Source: Candidatus Poribacteria bacterium
GTDB taxonomy: Bacteria > Poribacteria > WGA-4E > WGA-3G
Reading direction: 5' to 3'
DNA: 64,000 nt
Assembly: GCA_022819945.1 (NCBI GenBank)
Contig: JAJEGI010000108.1
Coordinates: 72,880-136,879 of the forward strand
Shown: in pieces, positions 10,659 through 20,218 of the stretch
How the letters are laid out: each line of letters starts with the position of its first letter
Position numbering within the stretch: position 1 is the stretch's first letter
Program-made: the position numbers and the translations under genes
Notes under the pieces: model-generated
What the model was told of the DNA's origin: nothing
Seen by the model: only the letters and a program-made list of their open reading frames with translations
The model's database searches: none

Positions 10659-11273
10659 TTATGCCTGGCTTAACGCTTCAAGTGCCTGTTTCGATTCCGG
10701 GGTTCCAATTTTTTCTAACGCAAAAGCCACATGATTTCGGACCTCTTCGGATTCATCAGCAAGTGCCTCAATAAGCGCAGGCACCGCCTCCGCTGCTGCA
10801 CCTTCCATTTTGGAAAATGTGTAGGCAGCATAAGACCGAACATCATCCGACGGATCGGTCAAAGCCTCAATAAGCACAGGTATCGCACGAATTGCCGCAC
10901 CACCCATCAGATTAAGCGCACGCGCTGCATATTCGCGGAACTCTTCATTGAGTTTGTCAGACAACGCTTCAACCAAAACCGGTACGGCTGGCTCACCTAT
11001 ACGGCTAAGCGCATCACCGATAGCGAGTGCATGGTACCGCTCAGCGATCGCCATCTCATCAATAAGCGCAGGTATTGCCGGTTCACCGATAGCAGCCAAG
11101 ACATCAGTGGCTTGTTCAACTACATCCCCAAGATTATTAGCGAGTGCCTCAATCAATTGGGGTATAGCCGGTTCGCCGATAGCAACTAACTCTTCTCTCG
11201 CAGCCTCACGGATATCGTCATCCAACTCTGACAAATCATAGATTAAATCGGCTACAATGTGTTCTGTCTCCAT
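10659..11273 (-). CDS. HEAT-repeat (PBS-lyase-like) protein
   Basis: Six or more repeats of the IGEPAIPxLIEAL...VR..AA.AL type. Confidence 0.8.
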   Translation of the reverse strand: METEHIVADLIYDLSELDDDIREAAREELVAIGEPAIPQLIEALANNLGDVVEQATDVLAAIGEPAIPALIDEMAIAERYHALAIGDALSRIGEPAVPVLVEALSDKLNEEFREYAARALNLMGGAAIRAIPVLIEALTDPSDDVRSYAAYTFSKMEGAAAEAVPALIEALADESEEVRNHVAFALEKIGTPESKQALEALSQA

Positions 11274-11669
11274 CTACTCGCCTTTCTTAACATACGCCAA
11301 CATTGTGATAAGACGGTCCGTCTGTTCGGGTCGCAAGTACTTATAAAACCATTCGGAAAACTCGCGCTCAGCTCTGGTAAGCTCCGCCGTCAGTTTCGGG
11401 ACAGTGGACTCTCCGATGCGTGCCAAGACCTCCGAAGCGTTATTCGCCATCTGTTCCATGTAAACCGGGAGAGCAGACCCTTCAATGTGGGTGTAAAACT
11501 CAGCACCATACCCAGATATATGCCAGCACTCTTGGGTAAGGACATCAATGAGCTGTGGAATCGCCGGTTTACCTATGGCAATTAATTCTGCCTTCGCGGT
11601 GTCCCGAATGTTTTCGTCTATATGCCCCAACATGACTATCAAATCAGCAATGTGGTGTTTGCTATGCAT
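11274..11669 (-). CDS. HEAT-repeat protein (short)
   Basis: IGKPAIPQLIDVL and IGESTVPKLTAEL repeats. The stop abuts the start of the next HEAT gene. Confidence 0.7.
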   Translation of the reverse strand: MHSKHHIADLIVMLGHIDENIRDTAKAELIAIGKPAIPQLIDVLTQECWHISGYGAEFYTHIEGSALPVYMEQMANNASEVLARIGESTVPKLTAELTRAEREFSEWFYKYLRPEQTDRLITMLAYVKKGE

Positions 11670-13035
11670 TGTTCCCCCTTTTTTGTTCTTCTAAGAGTGT
11701 GGTGAGACGCTCTGTTTGCTCTCGGCGCAAGCGTTTGTAGACGCGCTCCGAGATCTCTTGCTTCTCGTACTTATCATCAAGATGCGTAATAAATTCAAGC
11801 CTCGCAACGCGGACATGCTCACGGTCATCGGAATTCAGTTTACGGAGCCAACCCGCATCTGGCGGTGTTGAAGTGTCCTCAGTATCAGGTTCTGCGGCGT
11901 TTTTAGTTGCACGGAGTTTGAAGAGTGCTGCCACGAAAAATCCACCAGCTAATGCCGCAGCGACAGCGATAAGAATCAACTGTCCGAGATTAGATGTCTG
12001 TGTCGGTAAGGCACCGCGAGCAGCACGCATATTTACATTAAGGGCTAAGTCAATTGTTTCACCCGCCGCGAACGTCTTGTTCTCATTGCTTTCATATATT
12101 AGATATACGGTACCGTGGATTTGTTCGCGTTTCGGGGCACCGAAAAACTTGGCACGCGGCACAAAACCGATACCTTCTGGAACAAAGAAATAGAATCGCA
12201 TCGTGTTAACATTCAAACGCCGTGATAAATCTAATTTGTCCCTCTCAACATGAAAAATGTAATTGTAACCTAACTGCGATTCTCCGGGCGGTAATGGCGT
12301 TCTAAGGACAGCTTGATTGGTGTCAGGATTCATCGTGAGTGCCGCTGACAAATGCGGTTGAAACCCCTCAACACCGATTGGAAGTGTTAAATGCACCCCA
12401 ACTTTTTGCGAACCGTGTTCTGTTCTAAACGCGAGATGGCTCAGATTTTCAAGCCCAATTGCCTCGGCGACTGTGACAGCACCATCCGGTGCATGGTCTG
12501 GAGGTGGAGGCCCAATGATGAAAGTATGCGACTTGACAAGGATTTGCGCATTGTCATCCGTAAACGCTCCAACATCAAAGTTAATCTCAATATTCGGAAC
12601 CCAAGTTGACAGCACAAGATCCTTCTCAATGTAGTCAGTCCCATCATGGGTAGTAGAAACCGTATAATGGACACTCGGATCAAGCGGTAAATCCCCGAAA
12701 CGGTAATTTCCGTTTTCATCTGTTGTTGTTTCTTGTGTCTCAACGGCATCGGCCTTATGAATCGTGAGCGTTACAGGATGCGAAACAAGCGGTTTTTCGA
12801 GTTTCCTGTCAATAACTGTGCCGTGGATGTCGCCCTGCTCTGCGGTTTGGGCATGCAGCACAGAAAGCACACTGAAAAAAATTAGGGCAATCGCTAACAG
12901 ATTGCTCACACACCGGGCAGTGATAGAGTCAAATTGCGAGTTGCCCATCTTGGTAAGTGCGGTTTTCAGCCGCATGATATAAGATGCGTTCGTGTACATG
13001 TTATGTTCCGCGTTGTTGCTGTTTAAATCGTTCAA
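11662..13035 (-). CDS. Membrane protein with carboxypeptidase-regulatory-like beta-sandwich and a C-terminal TM plus charged helix
   Basis: IHGTVIDRKLEKPLVSHPVTLTI...NGNYRFGDL (CarboxypepD_reg-like). TM segment LILIAVAAALAGGFFVAALF. The start is uncertain (internal Met codons at 12999, 12975 and 12948). Confidence 0.6.
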   Translation of the reverse strand: MNDLNSNNAEHNMYTNASYIMRLKTALTKMGNSQFDSITARCVSNLLAIALIFFSVLSVLHAQTAEQGDIHGTVIDRKLEKPLVSHPVTLTIHKADAVETQETTTDENGNYRFGDLPLDPSVHYTVSTTHDGTDYIEKDLVLSTWVPNIEINFDVGAFTDDNAQILVKSHTFIIGPPPPDHAPDGAVTVAEAIGLENLSHLAFRTEHGSQKVGVHLTLPIGVEGFQPHLSAALTMNPDTNQAVLRTPLPPGESQLGYNYIFHVERDKLDLSRRLNVNTMRFYFFVPEGIGFVPRAKFFGAPKREQIHGTVYLIYESNENKTFAAGETIDLALNVNMRAARGALPTQTSNLGQLILIAVAAALAGGFFVAALFKLRATKNAAEPDTEDTSTPPDAGWLRKLNSDDREHVRVARLEFITHLDDKYEKQEISERVYKRLRREQTERLTTLLEEQKRGNNA

Positions 13036-13348
13036 TCTCTGCTTCTACATCCGACAAAGACTCATTTTCGAGTTGCATGATGACGCGCGCAGTCTCTTGT
13101 AAAAGTTCTTCGCGTAGTTCCTGATAATCGGCTTCTGAAAGTTTCCCTGTTTCATAATCTTCATCGAGATCCGCCAACGCTGCGTAGCTACTTTCACGTT
13201 CCTGAAAGAGGGTCCGTCGCCGTTCTTCAATGACTTCTTCGGACGTTACAGCATGCTGCCCACCCGTTTTTGAGAAAATCGGAAACCCCAGATAAGCAAG
13301 TAGCAGGATTCCAAAAATTACCATCCATAAAAGTAGAAGAAAAGACAT
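13001..13348 (-). CDS. CcmI-like N-terminal module (TM plus acidic helix)
   Basis: Start placed at MSFLLLLWM, preceded by AAGGGG. ALADLDEDYETGKLSEADYQELREELLQE resembles the N-terminal part of CcmI. Sits in the ccm operon. Confidence 0.5.
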   Translation of the reverse strand: MSFLLLLWMVIFGILLLAYLGFPIFSKTGGQHAVTSEEVIEERRRTLFQERESSYAALADLDEDYETGKLSEADYQELREELLQETARVIMQLENESLSDVEAEIERFKQQQRGT

Positions 13349-13409
13349 AAAAACCCCTTTTTGAAGTACAAGCATGAAAACCAATCCCGTTACGAAAAAA
13401 TTCCCGAGT

Positions 13410-13982
13410 CTAACTTTCGCGCTTATATCTTTCCAGCTCAGCCTCAACCTGCTGGACAGTCTCATCAGAAACCTGTGCTACCGAATTCTCATGCGTATCG
13501 GCAGCTGCCTCTGTCCGCTGCATCAATCTTCGGAGCACAACGAAAGCAAAACCGCCAATGACCACAAGTATGATAACCGGCATCGCGTAGGCAAGTAGGT
13601 TAATACCTTCTACAGGCATGACTGCATAATACTGCGGTCCGTATGTGTCAAGATAATCGGTGCGAATCTGCACAACTGTTTCGCCAGCGAGCAACCGATC
13701 GCGAAAATCGTTCTCGATATCCATTGCCGTGCCGCACGTACACACTTCAATTGTCTCTCTTACACACCCGCAGTAACAGTAGACCGTAGTGAGCAGTTCA
13801 TCCAAATCGGATTTAACTGTGGCATCTTTCATGTCTTTCGGTTCTGTAACCTGAGACTCCCCTGTCTGCGCGCACACCGTGACAGTAAAACCACATACGA
13901 CAAGAAGCGCGACAATCGAAACAAAATTAAGAAATAGAAATTCATTGGACGTTGTTATACGCTCAAGTCTTCCTGTTTTCAT
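13410..13982 (-). CDS. ccmH: CcmH/NrfF-like cytochrome c biogenesis protein with an atypical Cys motif
   Basis: Signal/TM segment, then VYCYCGCVRETIEVCTCGTAMDIE...G.T..QI...Y...YG...Y..MP plus a C-terminal TM segment. This matches the CcmH layout, but the usual LRCxxC is replaced by CYCGC...CTC. Confidence 0.6.
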   Translation of the reverse strand: MKTGRLERITTSNEFLFLNFVSIVALLVVCGFTVTVCAQTGESQVTEPKDMKDATVKSDLDELLTTVYCYCGCVRETIEVCTCGTAMDIENDFRDRLLAGETVVQIRTDYLDTYGPQYYAVMPVEGINLLAYAMPVIILVVIGGFAFVVLRRLMQRTEAAADTHENSVAQVSDETVQQVEAELERYKRES

Positions 13983-14000
13983 CGTCTTACGCCTCGCTTA

Positions 14001-16019
14001 TCATGAATCCTCGCTGCGTTCAGATTTCTCGGCTATCGCAACGATTCCGCCCAACACCATCACAGCAACACCGATCCAAACAATGCCAATCAGAGGGTTG
14101 TAATACACCTGAACGTTCACAACACCCCCTGTCTTGATATTTCGTGGAACGCTCGCAAGAGCGATATAGAGGTCATTCACACCCAAGTGCTGGATAGCTG
14201 ATTCCTTCGTAGGTTCCTCATCCGGCTTCGCCGCGTAGTAGGCGTGAAGCGCGGGTTCCATTGTCCCTATATGTTTCCCGTTCTTTTCTACATCGAAAAT
14301 AACACCGCTCCGGAGATAGTTCGAGTATTCTTTCTCAAACGCGTCTATCATTGTGAGTTTATACTTGCCTACTTCCATGGATCCCCCGAGGGTCACAGTT
14401 TGAGATTCAAGCAGAAAATAGCCCTTCGATCCCATAATGCCAATATAGAGGATAACGATGCCGATATGGATGATGTAACCACCATACCGTCTCTTGTTAC
14501 GCTGAATAAGAAGATTCAAGCCGTTGACGAAAGATGTCTCCTGTCGTTTCGCGCGGAGTTTCGCACCCCGATAAAATTCAGCAAAGATGGCAGCAAACAC
14601 AAAAACAGCAGCAAAACTACAGAGTACGGAGTACAGCGGAAAGGTATATCCTATGAGTGCAAGGAATCCCCATGTCAAAGCACCACCAATTAAACCGATA
14701 ACAAGCGGCATCAAAAACATGCGTCGGAAGTTGTTCGCAGTAATTTTCTTCCATGAAATGATCGGACCCGCCCCCGTCAAAAACAGAAGCAGCAACCCCG
14801 GAATGATAACAACTTTATTAAAAAAGGCTTCAGGAACAGAAGATTTTTCACCGTTAATCGCCTCGGAGATAACCGGCCACAACGTACCCCAGAGGATAAT
14901 TAGGGTTAACCCGACAAGAAGCCAGTTATTCAGAAGAAAGGCACTTTCACGAGAGAGAAGGGATTCTAAGCGATTCGCACTCTTAAGCCGGTTCCAACGA
15001 TAGATGATGAGTCCGATGACCCCGGCTGTTGAAGCAAAAATGAAACTCAGGAAATACCCACCAATACCTGATCCGCCGAAAGCATGCACCGATGTGATAA
15101 TTCCGCTACGCGTAATGAAAGTTCCTAAGAGTGTAAATTGGAAGGCAAGGGTAATCAGAAGGATATTCCAAAGTTTGAGCATATTCCGCTTCTCTTGGAT
15201 CATCACAGAGTGTAGATACGCGGTACCGAGAAGCCACGGCATAAAAGAGGCGTTTTCGACAGGATCCCATGCCCAATAACCGCCCCAACCGAGTTCTTGA
15301 TATGCCCAATTGCCACCGAGCGTGATACCGATTGTAAGGATAATCCATGAAAACAACATCCACCTGCGCGAACGGAGTATCCAACCGCTGCCGATTCTAC
15401 CAGACACAAGCGCGCCAACTGCGAATGCAAACGGTATCGTCAGGCTAATCCAACCGATATATAACGTCGGTGGATGGATCGCCATGAGCGGTGTCTGGAG
15501 AAGTGGGTTCATGCCTTGACCGTCGGCAGCGACCTGTCCCCCCGGAAACCGAGCGAGTGGATTGTAAATGCCGTCTATTAAACCTGTGACAAGGATGGTG
15601 AAGAAAAGCTGAACAATAGCGATCGGAATCAGGGAGTAGTCTGCTAAGGTATCCTGCGTCTGTTTGTTACGTTGATAGTTCTGCCAAACAACAATAGCAC
15701 CACCAACTGTAAGCAACCAGAGCCAGAACAAGAGCGAACCAGACATAGCACCCCAGAGTGCCGCGATTTTATAAAGTACGGGTTGTGCTGCGCTTGAGAC
15801 CTCAACTACGTATTTCATTGAGAAATCATCGGTCACAAAACCGTAGATTAATGCCCCAGTCGCAATACTGATAAGGATGAAGGTGGCAACGACAGCGTTT
15901 CTGCCGCTCTGGATAGCACGGGCATTTCGTATCCATAGACCGAAACTGAGAAAACCGATTGCCCATGAACATGAAAGCACAGAGAGGTATATAGCGGCTT
16001 GTCCGATTTCCGCAGTCAT
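14001..16019 (-). CDS. ccmF: Cytochrome c heme lyase CcmF
   Basis: 672-aa polytopic protein with the WGGYWAWDPVENASFMPWL tryptophan-rich (WWD) motif. Confidence 0.95.
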   Translation of the reverse strand: MTAEIGQAAIYLSVLSCSWAIGFLSFGLWIRNARAIQSGRNAVVATFILISIATGALIYGFVTDDFSMKYVVEVSSAAQPVLYKIAALWGAMSGSLLFWLWLLTVGGAIVVWQNYQRNKQTQDTLADYSLIPIAIVQLFFTILVTGLIDGIYNPLARFPGGQVAADGQGMNPLLQTPLMAIHPPTLYIGWISLTIPFAFAVGALVSGRIGSGWILRSRRWMLFSWIILTIGITLGGNWAYQELGWGGYWAWDPVENASFMPWLLGTAYLHSVMIQEKRNMLKLWNILLITLAFQFTLLGTFITRSGIITSVHAFGGSGIGGYFLSFIFASTAGVIGLIIYRWNRLKSANRLESLLSRESAFLLNNWLLVGLTLIILWGTLWPVISEAINGEKSSVPEAFFNKVVIIPGLLLLFLTGAGPIISWKKITANNFRRMFLMPLVIGLIGGALTWGFLALIGYTFPLYSVLCSFAAVFVFAAIFAEFYRGAKLRAKRQETSFVNGLNLLIQRNKRRYGGYIIHIGIVILYIGIMGSKGYFLLESQTVTLGGSMEVGKYKLTMIDAFEKEYSNYLRSGVIFDVEKNGKHIGTMEPALHAYYAAKPDEEPTKESAIQHLGVNDLYIALASVPRNIKTGGVVNVQVYYNPLIGIVWIGVAVMVLGGIVAIAEKSERSEDS

Positions 16020-16080
16020 GCGCTTCTGTGCCTCCTTAAAAAGGTCTGTTTGAACATACTGCTAAAACGTTGTGTATTCC

Positions 16081-16542
16081 TTATTCTGAGGTATATGAAG
16101 TTTCATCTGTAGGCACGGCACTTTCTGCCCCTTCGTATTTTGAGGCACACTTCGTCATGAGTTTAGTAGCAACAACGAGGTTCTGCGTGGCATCGTATTT
16201 ACCTTCAACGAAAACACTGCCGCCATCCTTAAAGTTATCCGGTTTAAGCCGATCTTCGTAAATCACATGAACTGTTGCCTCGGTCTCACGATCCCGGATA
16301 GCAAAGGTAAGTTTAAAATTAACAGCATCCCATTGCGCACTCTCCTCTGCGATGAGACCATCAACTTGGACCCGTTGATCGTGCGCTTCATCTCCGGCTG
16401 CCACAAGCAAAGCTGGCGTAAAATGTCGCATACTCGTGCTTCTCGTCATGGCTACCACCAAAAACGCCATACCGCCCAGCAAAATGGCACTCGCAGCCAC
16501 GATTTTTAGTCTGCTCTGTTTTTTCACCGGCACACCCTCCAT
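16081..16542 (-). CDS. ccmE: Heme chaperone CcmE, CXXXY variant
   Basis: TM anchor, OB-fold core (RVQVDGLI...FKLTF...DGGSVFVEGKY) and C-terminal KCASKY where canonical CcmE has HxxxY. Start placed at MEGVPVKKQSRLK. Confidence 0.85.
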   Translation of the reverse strand: MEGVPVKKQSRLKIVAASAILLGGMAFLVVAMTRSTSMRHFTPALLVAAGDEAHDQRVQVDGLIAEESAQWDAVNFKLTFAIRDRETEATVHVIYEDRLKPDNFKDGGSVFVEGKYDATQNLVVATKLMTKCASKYEGAESAVPTDETSYTSE

Positions 16543-16695
16543 TAATACGAACCCGTAGGTACAATTTTCGATCCATACCGACAAGATGAATTCTTCTATT
16601 TAAAATAATACTTGATTTTACATGCAAAATCAAGTTAAAATAGAATTAAATTAGAAAATCGTGTGGAATTTGAATAAAAAGCAGTCAGGAGAATG

Positions 16696-16794
16696 TTGTC
16701 AGTTATCAGTTATCAGTTGTCGGTAAGAAGTTATTGATTAAATTAAACCTCTCTTTACTGATGCCTGATAGCCAATAGCCGATAGCCAATAAAA
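16696..16794. repeat. Intergenic repeat family C, copy 1 (CAGTTATCAG repeats ... CCGATAGCCAATAAAA)
   Basis: GTTGTCAGTTATCAGTTATCAGTTGTCGG ... CTGATAGCCAATAGCCGATAGCCAATAAAATATG ends at the start codon of the next gene. Related to 20113-20215. Confidence 0.55.
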
Positions 16795-16795
16795 T

Positions 16796-17743
16796 ATGAA
16801 ACTGAATTGGCAGCACCACCCGTGGGCGGGTGTATTCCCGGCGACGCTCTGCCCCTTTCATGAAGATGAATCAATCGACGAAGCCGGATTGCGCCAGTAC
16901 ATGCAAGAACTCGCGGGTGTCCCTGGAATAAAAGGGGTTGTCTGTAATGGACACACCGGCGAAATTATGTCTCTCCGCCTTCATGAAAGACAACAAGTTA
17001 CCCGGATTACCGCTGAAGCCGTCGGAGACCAAGTTAAAGTCGTCTCAGGTGTCAGCGCGGAAGGGAGCCTACCGGCAATTGACGACGCGCTCGCAGCGAA
17101 AGAAGCTGGTGCGGATGCCATCCTATTAATGCCCGCGCATCACTGGTTGCGATTCGGAAGAACACCCGAAACCGCAGTCGGTTACTTTCAAGATGTCGCC
17201 GAAGGCGCGGATATACCGATCATCGTTCACCAATATCCCGCATGGACGAAGGCAGGGTACACCCTTGAAGAGATGCTGGAGATGGTGAAAATCCCACAGG
17301 TTATCTGCATCAAAATGGGGACCCGCGACCTGGCGCGCTGGCGATGGGATTACGAACAACTCAGAGAAGCCGCACCCGATGTGCCTATCTTGACTTGCCA
17401 TGACGAGTATCTACTGGCTTCACTGCTTGAAGGCAGCGACGGGGCACTCATCGGATTTGCTGGCTTTGTCCCAGAATTGATGGTGGATGTCGTCCACGCT
17501 GCGCTGAATGACGATCTCATCGGTGCCCGTAAGGCACGCAGTCAGGTAGACGCGCTGGCACGGATCGTCTATAACTTCGGGGAACCGAGCAGTGACGCAC
17601 ATCAGCGGATGAAATGCGCACGCTGGCTGATGGGCAGATTCCCATCAATGACCATGCGCCGCCCGCTCCGTCAATTATCCACAGCCGAAGTAGACAAAAT
17701 TCGAGAAAGACTCGAAGCGACCGGCTATCAGTGTGTTCACTAA
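16796..17743 (+). CDS. Dihydrodipicolinate synthase / N-acetylneuraminate lyase family protein
   Basis: DapA-family features (GV.PATLCPF..DESID...L, GHTGE, KMGTRD with the Schiff-base Lys context). 315 aa. Confidence 0.8.
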   Translation: MKLNWQHHPWAGVFPATLCPFHEDESIDEAGLRQYMQELAGVPGIKGVVCNGHTGEIMSLRLHERQQVTRITAEAVGDQVKVVSGVSAEGSLPAIDDALAAKEAGADAILLMPAHHWLRFGRTPETAVGYFQDVAEGADIPIIVHQYPAWTKAGYTLEEMLEMVKIPQVICIKMGTRDLARWRWDYEQLREAAPDVPILTCHDEYLLASLLEGSDGALIGFAGFVPELMVDVVHAALNDDLIGARKARSQVDALARIVYNFGEPSSDAHQRMKCARWLMGRFPSMTMRRPLRQLSTAEVDKIRERLEATGYQCVH

Positions 17744-17785
17744 ATAGGACTTACGCAGTTCTTCTCAAAGTCCCCTGATAAGGGG
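17744..17785. repeat. Intergenic repeat family B, copy 2
   Basis: ATAGGACTTACGCAGTTCTTCTCAAAGTCCCCTGATAAGGGGG, compare 41-81. Confidence 0.6.
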
Positions 17786-17869
17786 GATTTAGCGGGTTAA
17801 AGGTATAACGACCTTTTCTCAAAATATACCTTCAATTTACGTAAGCCTTGATAGCGTTGGAGGGACGAA

Positions 17870-19084
17870 ATGTCACGCCTAAAATACGCGTTAATCGGTC
17901 ATGGCAGACGCGGTGCCGCGCATCTGTCAACAGCAGCGACATTAAAGGATACCTTTGACATCGTTGCTGTATGCGACGCACACTCGGAATCGGCAGAGAC
18001 GGGTGCCGCGAAAGTCGGCACTAAAGCCTATACAGATGTCAGGAAAATGGTTGACGAAATCTCACCGGATGTCTGTGATGTCGTCGTGCCTGCACCACTG
18101 CATCACACCGTCTCCTGTTACCTCTCCCGGCGCGGCATCCCCCACAATGTCGAGACCGGACTCGCACCGACACTTGGTTTGATGGATATGATGATCGCCG
18201 ACGCTGCCGAAAATAGGGTAAAACTCCAGACATCAGAGAACTTTCCCTTTGTTCCGGTAGAACAGTTCGTCTGTAAACTCATTAAGGAAGGGGTCATCGG
18301 AAACGTTCATAAGTGCCATCGACTCTTCTCTACAACCGGCTACCATGGACTCGCTGCAATACGGTGTCGTATGGATGCCAACCCGAAAGCGGTCAGCAGT
18401 ATCGGACATACGATGCCTGTCACCCCTTACGTCGACCGGGCAAAACGAGATTTTAATCGCGAAAACCTTGAGTTTTACGCCATAGATTTCGATAACGGCG
18501 GACTCGGGATCGCCATGGTAGGCAATAAGAACGGATGCCTCGGACGGAATAAACTCGTCGGTTTTGAGACGTGTGGTGAGCGCGGCACGATTATCACCAA
18601 CGGAAACCAAGGTGCCACGGGTGGTGAAACAGTCAATGTCTGCACAGACGAGGATCTCACCCAAAACGCTGGAAGAGCACACACCTACGAATTTCAGCGA
18701 GAATATAGTGAAGACAAAACACTGCACCGTATCTTTGTAGAATTGCCTGCATCGTTAGGGGGTACGGTTGAATGGGTAAATCCTTATCGATATACGAATA
18801 TCTCAGAGACAGGTATCTCGTTGGCAACGATGCTTGATGGCATCGCTCGCGCGGTTCGAGAAGATACACAACCACTGTGGACAGGAGAAATGGGCAGAGC
18901 CGATCAGGAGATGGTAATCGCTGCACACCGTTCCATCCAGACAAATCGCCAACCGATCCAACTCCCACTCGAACCCGACCCTACAGAAGAGGACGCATTC
19001 GACCAAAATTTTGAAGCGCAATTTGGTGTTCATCCACGCGAAGACATCGAAAAAGCATTACAGGTTAATTTCAAAGCACGTTAA
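17870..19084 (+). CDS. Gfo/Idh/MocA family oxidoreductase
   Basis: YALIGHGRRG N-terminal Rossmann-like motif and family-typical length and organisation. Confidence 0.7.
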   Translation: MSRLKYALIGHGRRGAAHLSTAATLKDTFDIVAVCDAHSESAETGAAKVGTKAYTDVRKMVDEISPDVCDVVVPAPLHHTVSCYLSRRGIPHNVETGLAPTLGLMDMMIADAAENRVKLQTSENFPFVPVEQFVCKLIKEGVIGNVHKCHRLFSTTGYHGLAAIRCRMDANPKAVSSIGHTMPVTPYVDRAKRDFNRENLEFYAIDFDNGGLGIAMVGNKNGCLGRNKLVGFETCGERGTIITNGNQGATGGETVNVCTDEDLTQNAGRAHTYEFQREYSEDKTLHRIFVELPASLGGTVEWVNPYRYTNISETGISLATMLDGIARAVREDTQPLWTGEMGRADQEMVIAAHRSIQTNRQPIQLPLEPDPTEEDAFDQNFEAQFGVHPREDIEKALQVNFKAR

Positions 19085-19135
19085 TTTGAACCAATATCGC
19101 AACAATACTGTCCAAATTCTCATAAGAGAGGAAAA

Positions 19136-20107
19136 ATGAAAGAAGTTAAAATCGGATTTATCGGATGTGGTGGTAATGCCAATGGACACATGAACCAACT
19201 GTCAGGCATTGAAGGCGCAAGAATCGTCGCTGTATGCGATGTTCAAGCTGAACGCGCACAAAGTGCAGCCGAGAAGCATAATGCAGACCCGTATACTGCA
19301 CACCAAGACCTGCTTGAACGCGATGACCTGGATGCAGTCTATCTCAGTCTCCCCGTTTTTGTTCATGGTCAACCAGAACTCGACGTTATCGCGCGCGGCT
19401 TACCGTTTCTCGTTGAAAAGCCTGTCGCCATCAACATTGATATTGCGCGTGAAATCGAAGCGGCGGTAACAAAAGCAGGACTGATAACTTGTGTCGGTTA
19501 CCAACTCCGTTACCTCGGTTCGACGCGGATAACGCAGCAAATCTTGAACGGCAGAACAATTAACATGATTGTCGGTAAGTACTGGTGCAGCACCGGACAC
19601 GGGGACCCAAACGCATGGCTCCGCCAGATGAACAAATCCGGCGGTCAACTTGTCGAACAAGCAACACACACGGTTGACATGATGCGCTACATGGGCGGTG
19701 AAGTGGAGGCTGTCTATGCGATGCAAGCGAATCGGTTTCTCAAAGAAACAGATTGCCCTGATGCCAATAGCGTCTCACTCCAGTTTGCAAGTGGTGCCGT
19801 CGGCTCGTTGACTGCTACTTGGGCTTATGCAGGGGACTGGTCGAACGCTAATGTACTGGATTTATTGTATGAAGATGAATTTTTGAATTGGAATCCATCA
19901 AGAGTCTCAGTACATGAAGATGGCGAGTGGGTAGATAAAACAGAACCGGGACCGACAATTGATGAAGTCTTTGTGAAAGCAGTCCGTAGCGGCGATGCAT
20001 CTCCAATTTTAAGTCCCTACAGCGATGCCGTCAAAACACTTGAAATATCGCTTGCGGCAAATCTCTCCGCGCAAGAAAAGCGGTTGGTAGAAATATCTTC
20101 CCTATAA
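19136..20107 (+). CDS. Gfo/Idh/MocA family oxidoreductase
   Basis: KIGFIGCGGNANGH and VEKPVA motifs. Confidence 0.85.
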   Translation: MKEVKIGFIGCGGNANGHMNQLSGIEGARIVAVCDVQAERAQSAAEKHNADPYTAHQDLLERDDLDAVYLSLPVFVHGQPELDVIARGLPFLVEKPVAINIDIAREIEAAVTKAGLITCVGYQLRYLGSTRITQQILNGRTINMIVGKYWCSTGHGDPNAWLRQMNKSGGQLVEQATHTVDMMRYMGGEVEAVYAMQANRFLKETDCPDANSVSLQFASGAVGSLTATWAYAGDWSNANVLDLLYEDEFLNWNPSRVSVHEDGEWVDKTEPGPTIDEVFVKAVRSGDASPILSPYSDAVKTLEISLAANLSAQEKRLVEISSL

Positions 20108-20112
20108 TGTAA

Positions 20113-20215
20113 TAGTTATCAGTTTTCGGAGGAAAGGCTGTCAGCCATCAGCAAACGGCAATCAGAAGGAAAAACCGAAAGCCGACAACTAATGGTTTCC
20201 GATAGCCAATAAAAA
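20113..20215. repeat. Intergenic repeat family C, copy 2
   Basis: GTTATCAGTTTTCGG ... CCGAAAGCCGACAAC ... CCGATAGCCAATAAAAAATCATG, again ending at a start codon. Confidence 0.55.
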
Positions 20216-20218
20216 ATC

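Noticed and set aside
10659-11669. HEAT-repeat genes as phycobiliprotein lyases (CpcE/NblB)
   Set aside because: The repeats resemble the PBS-lyase HEAT type, but there is no phycobilisome or photosynthesis context. They sit in a ccm operon, so only the generic HEAT-repeat call is kept.
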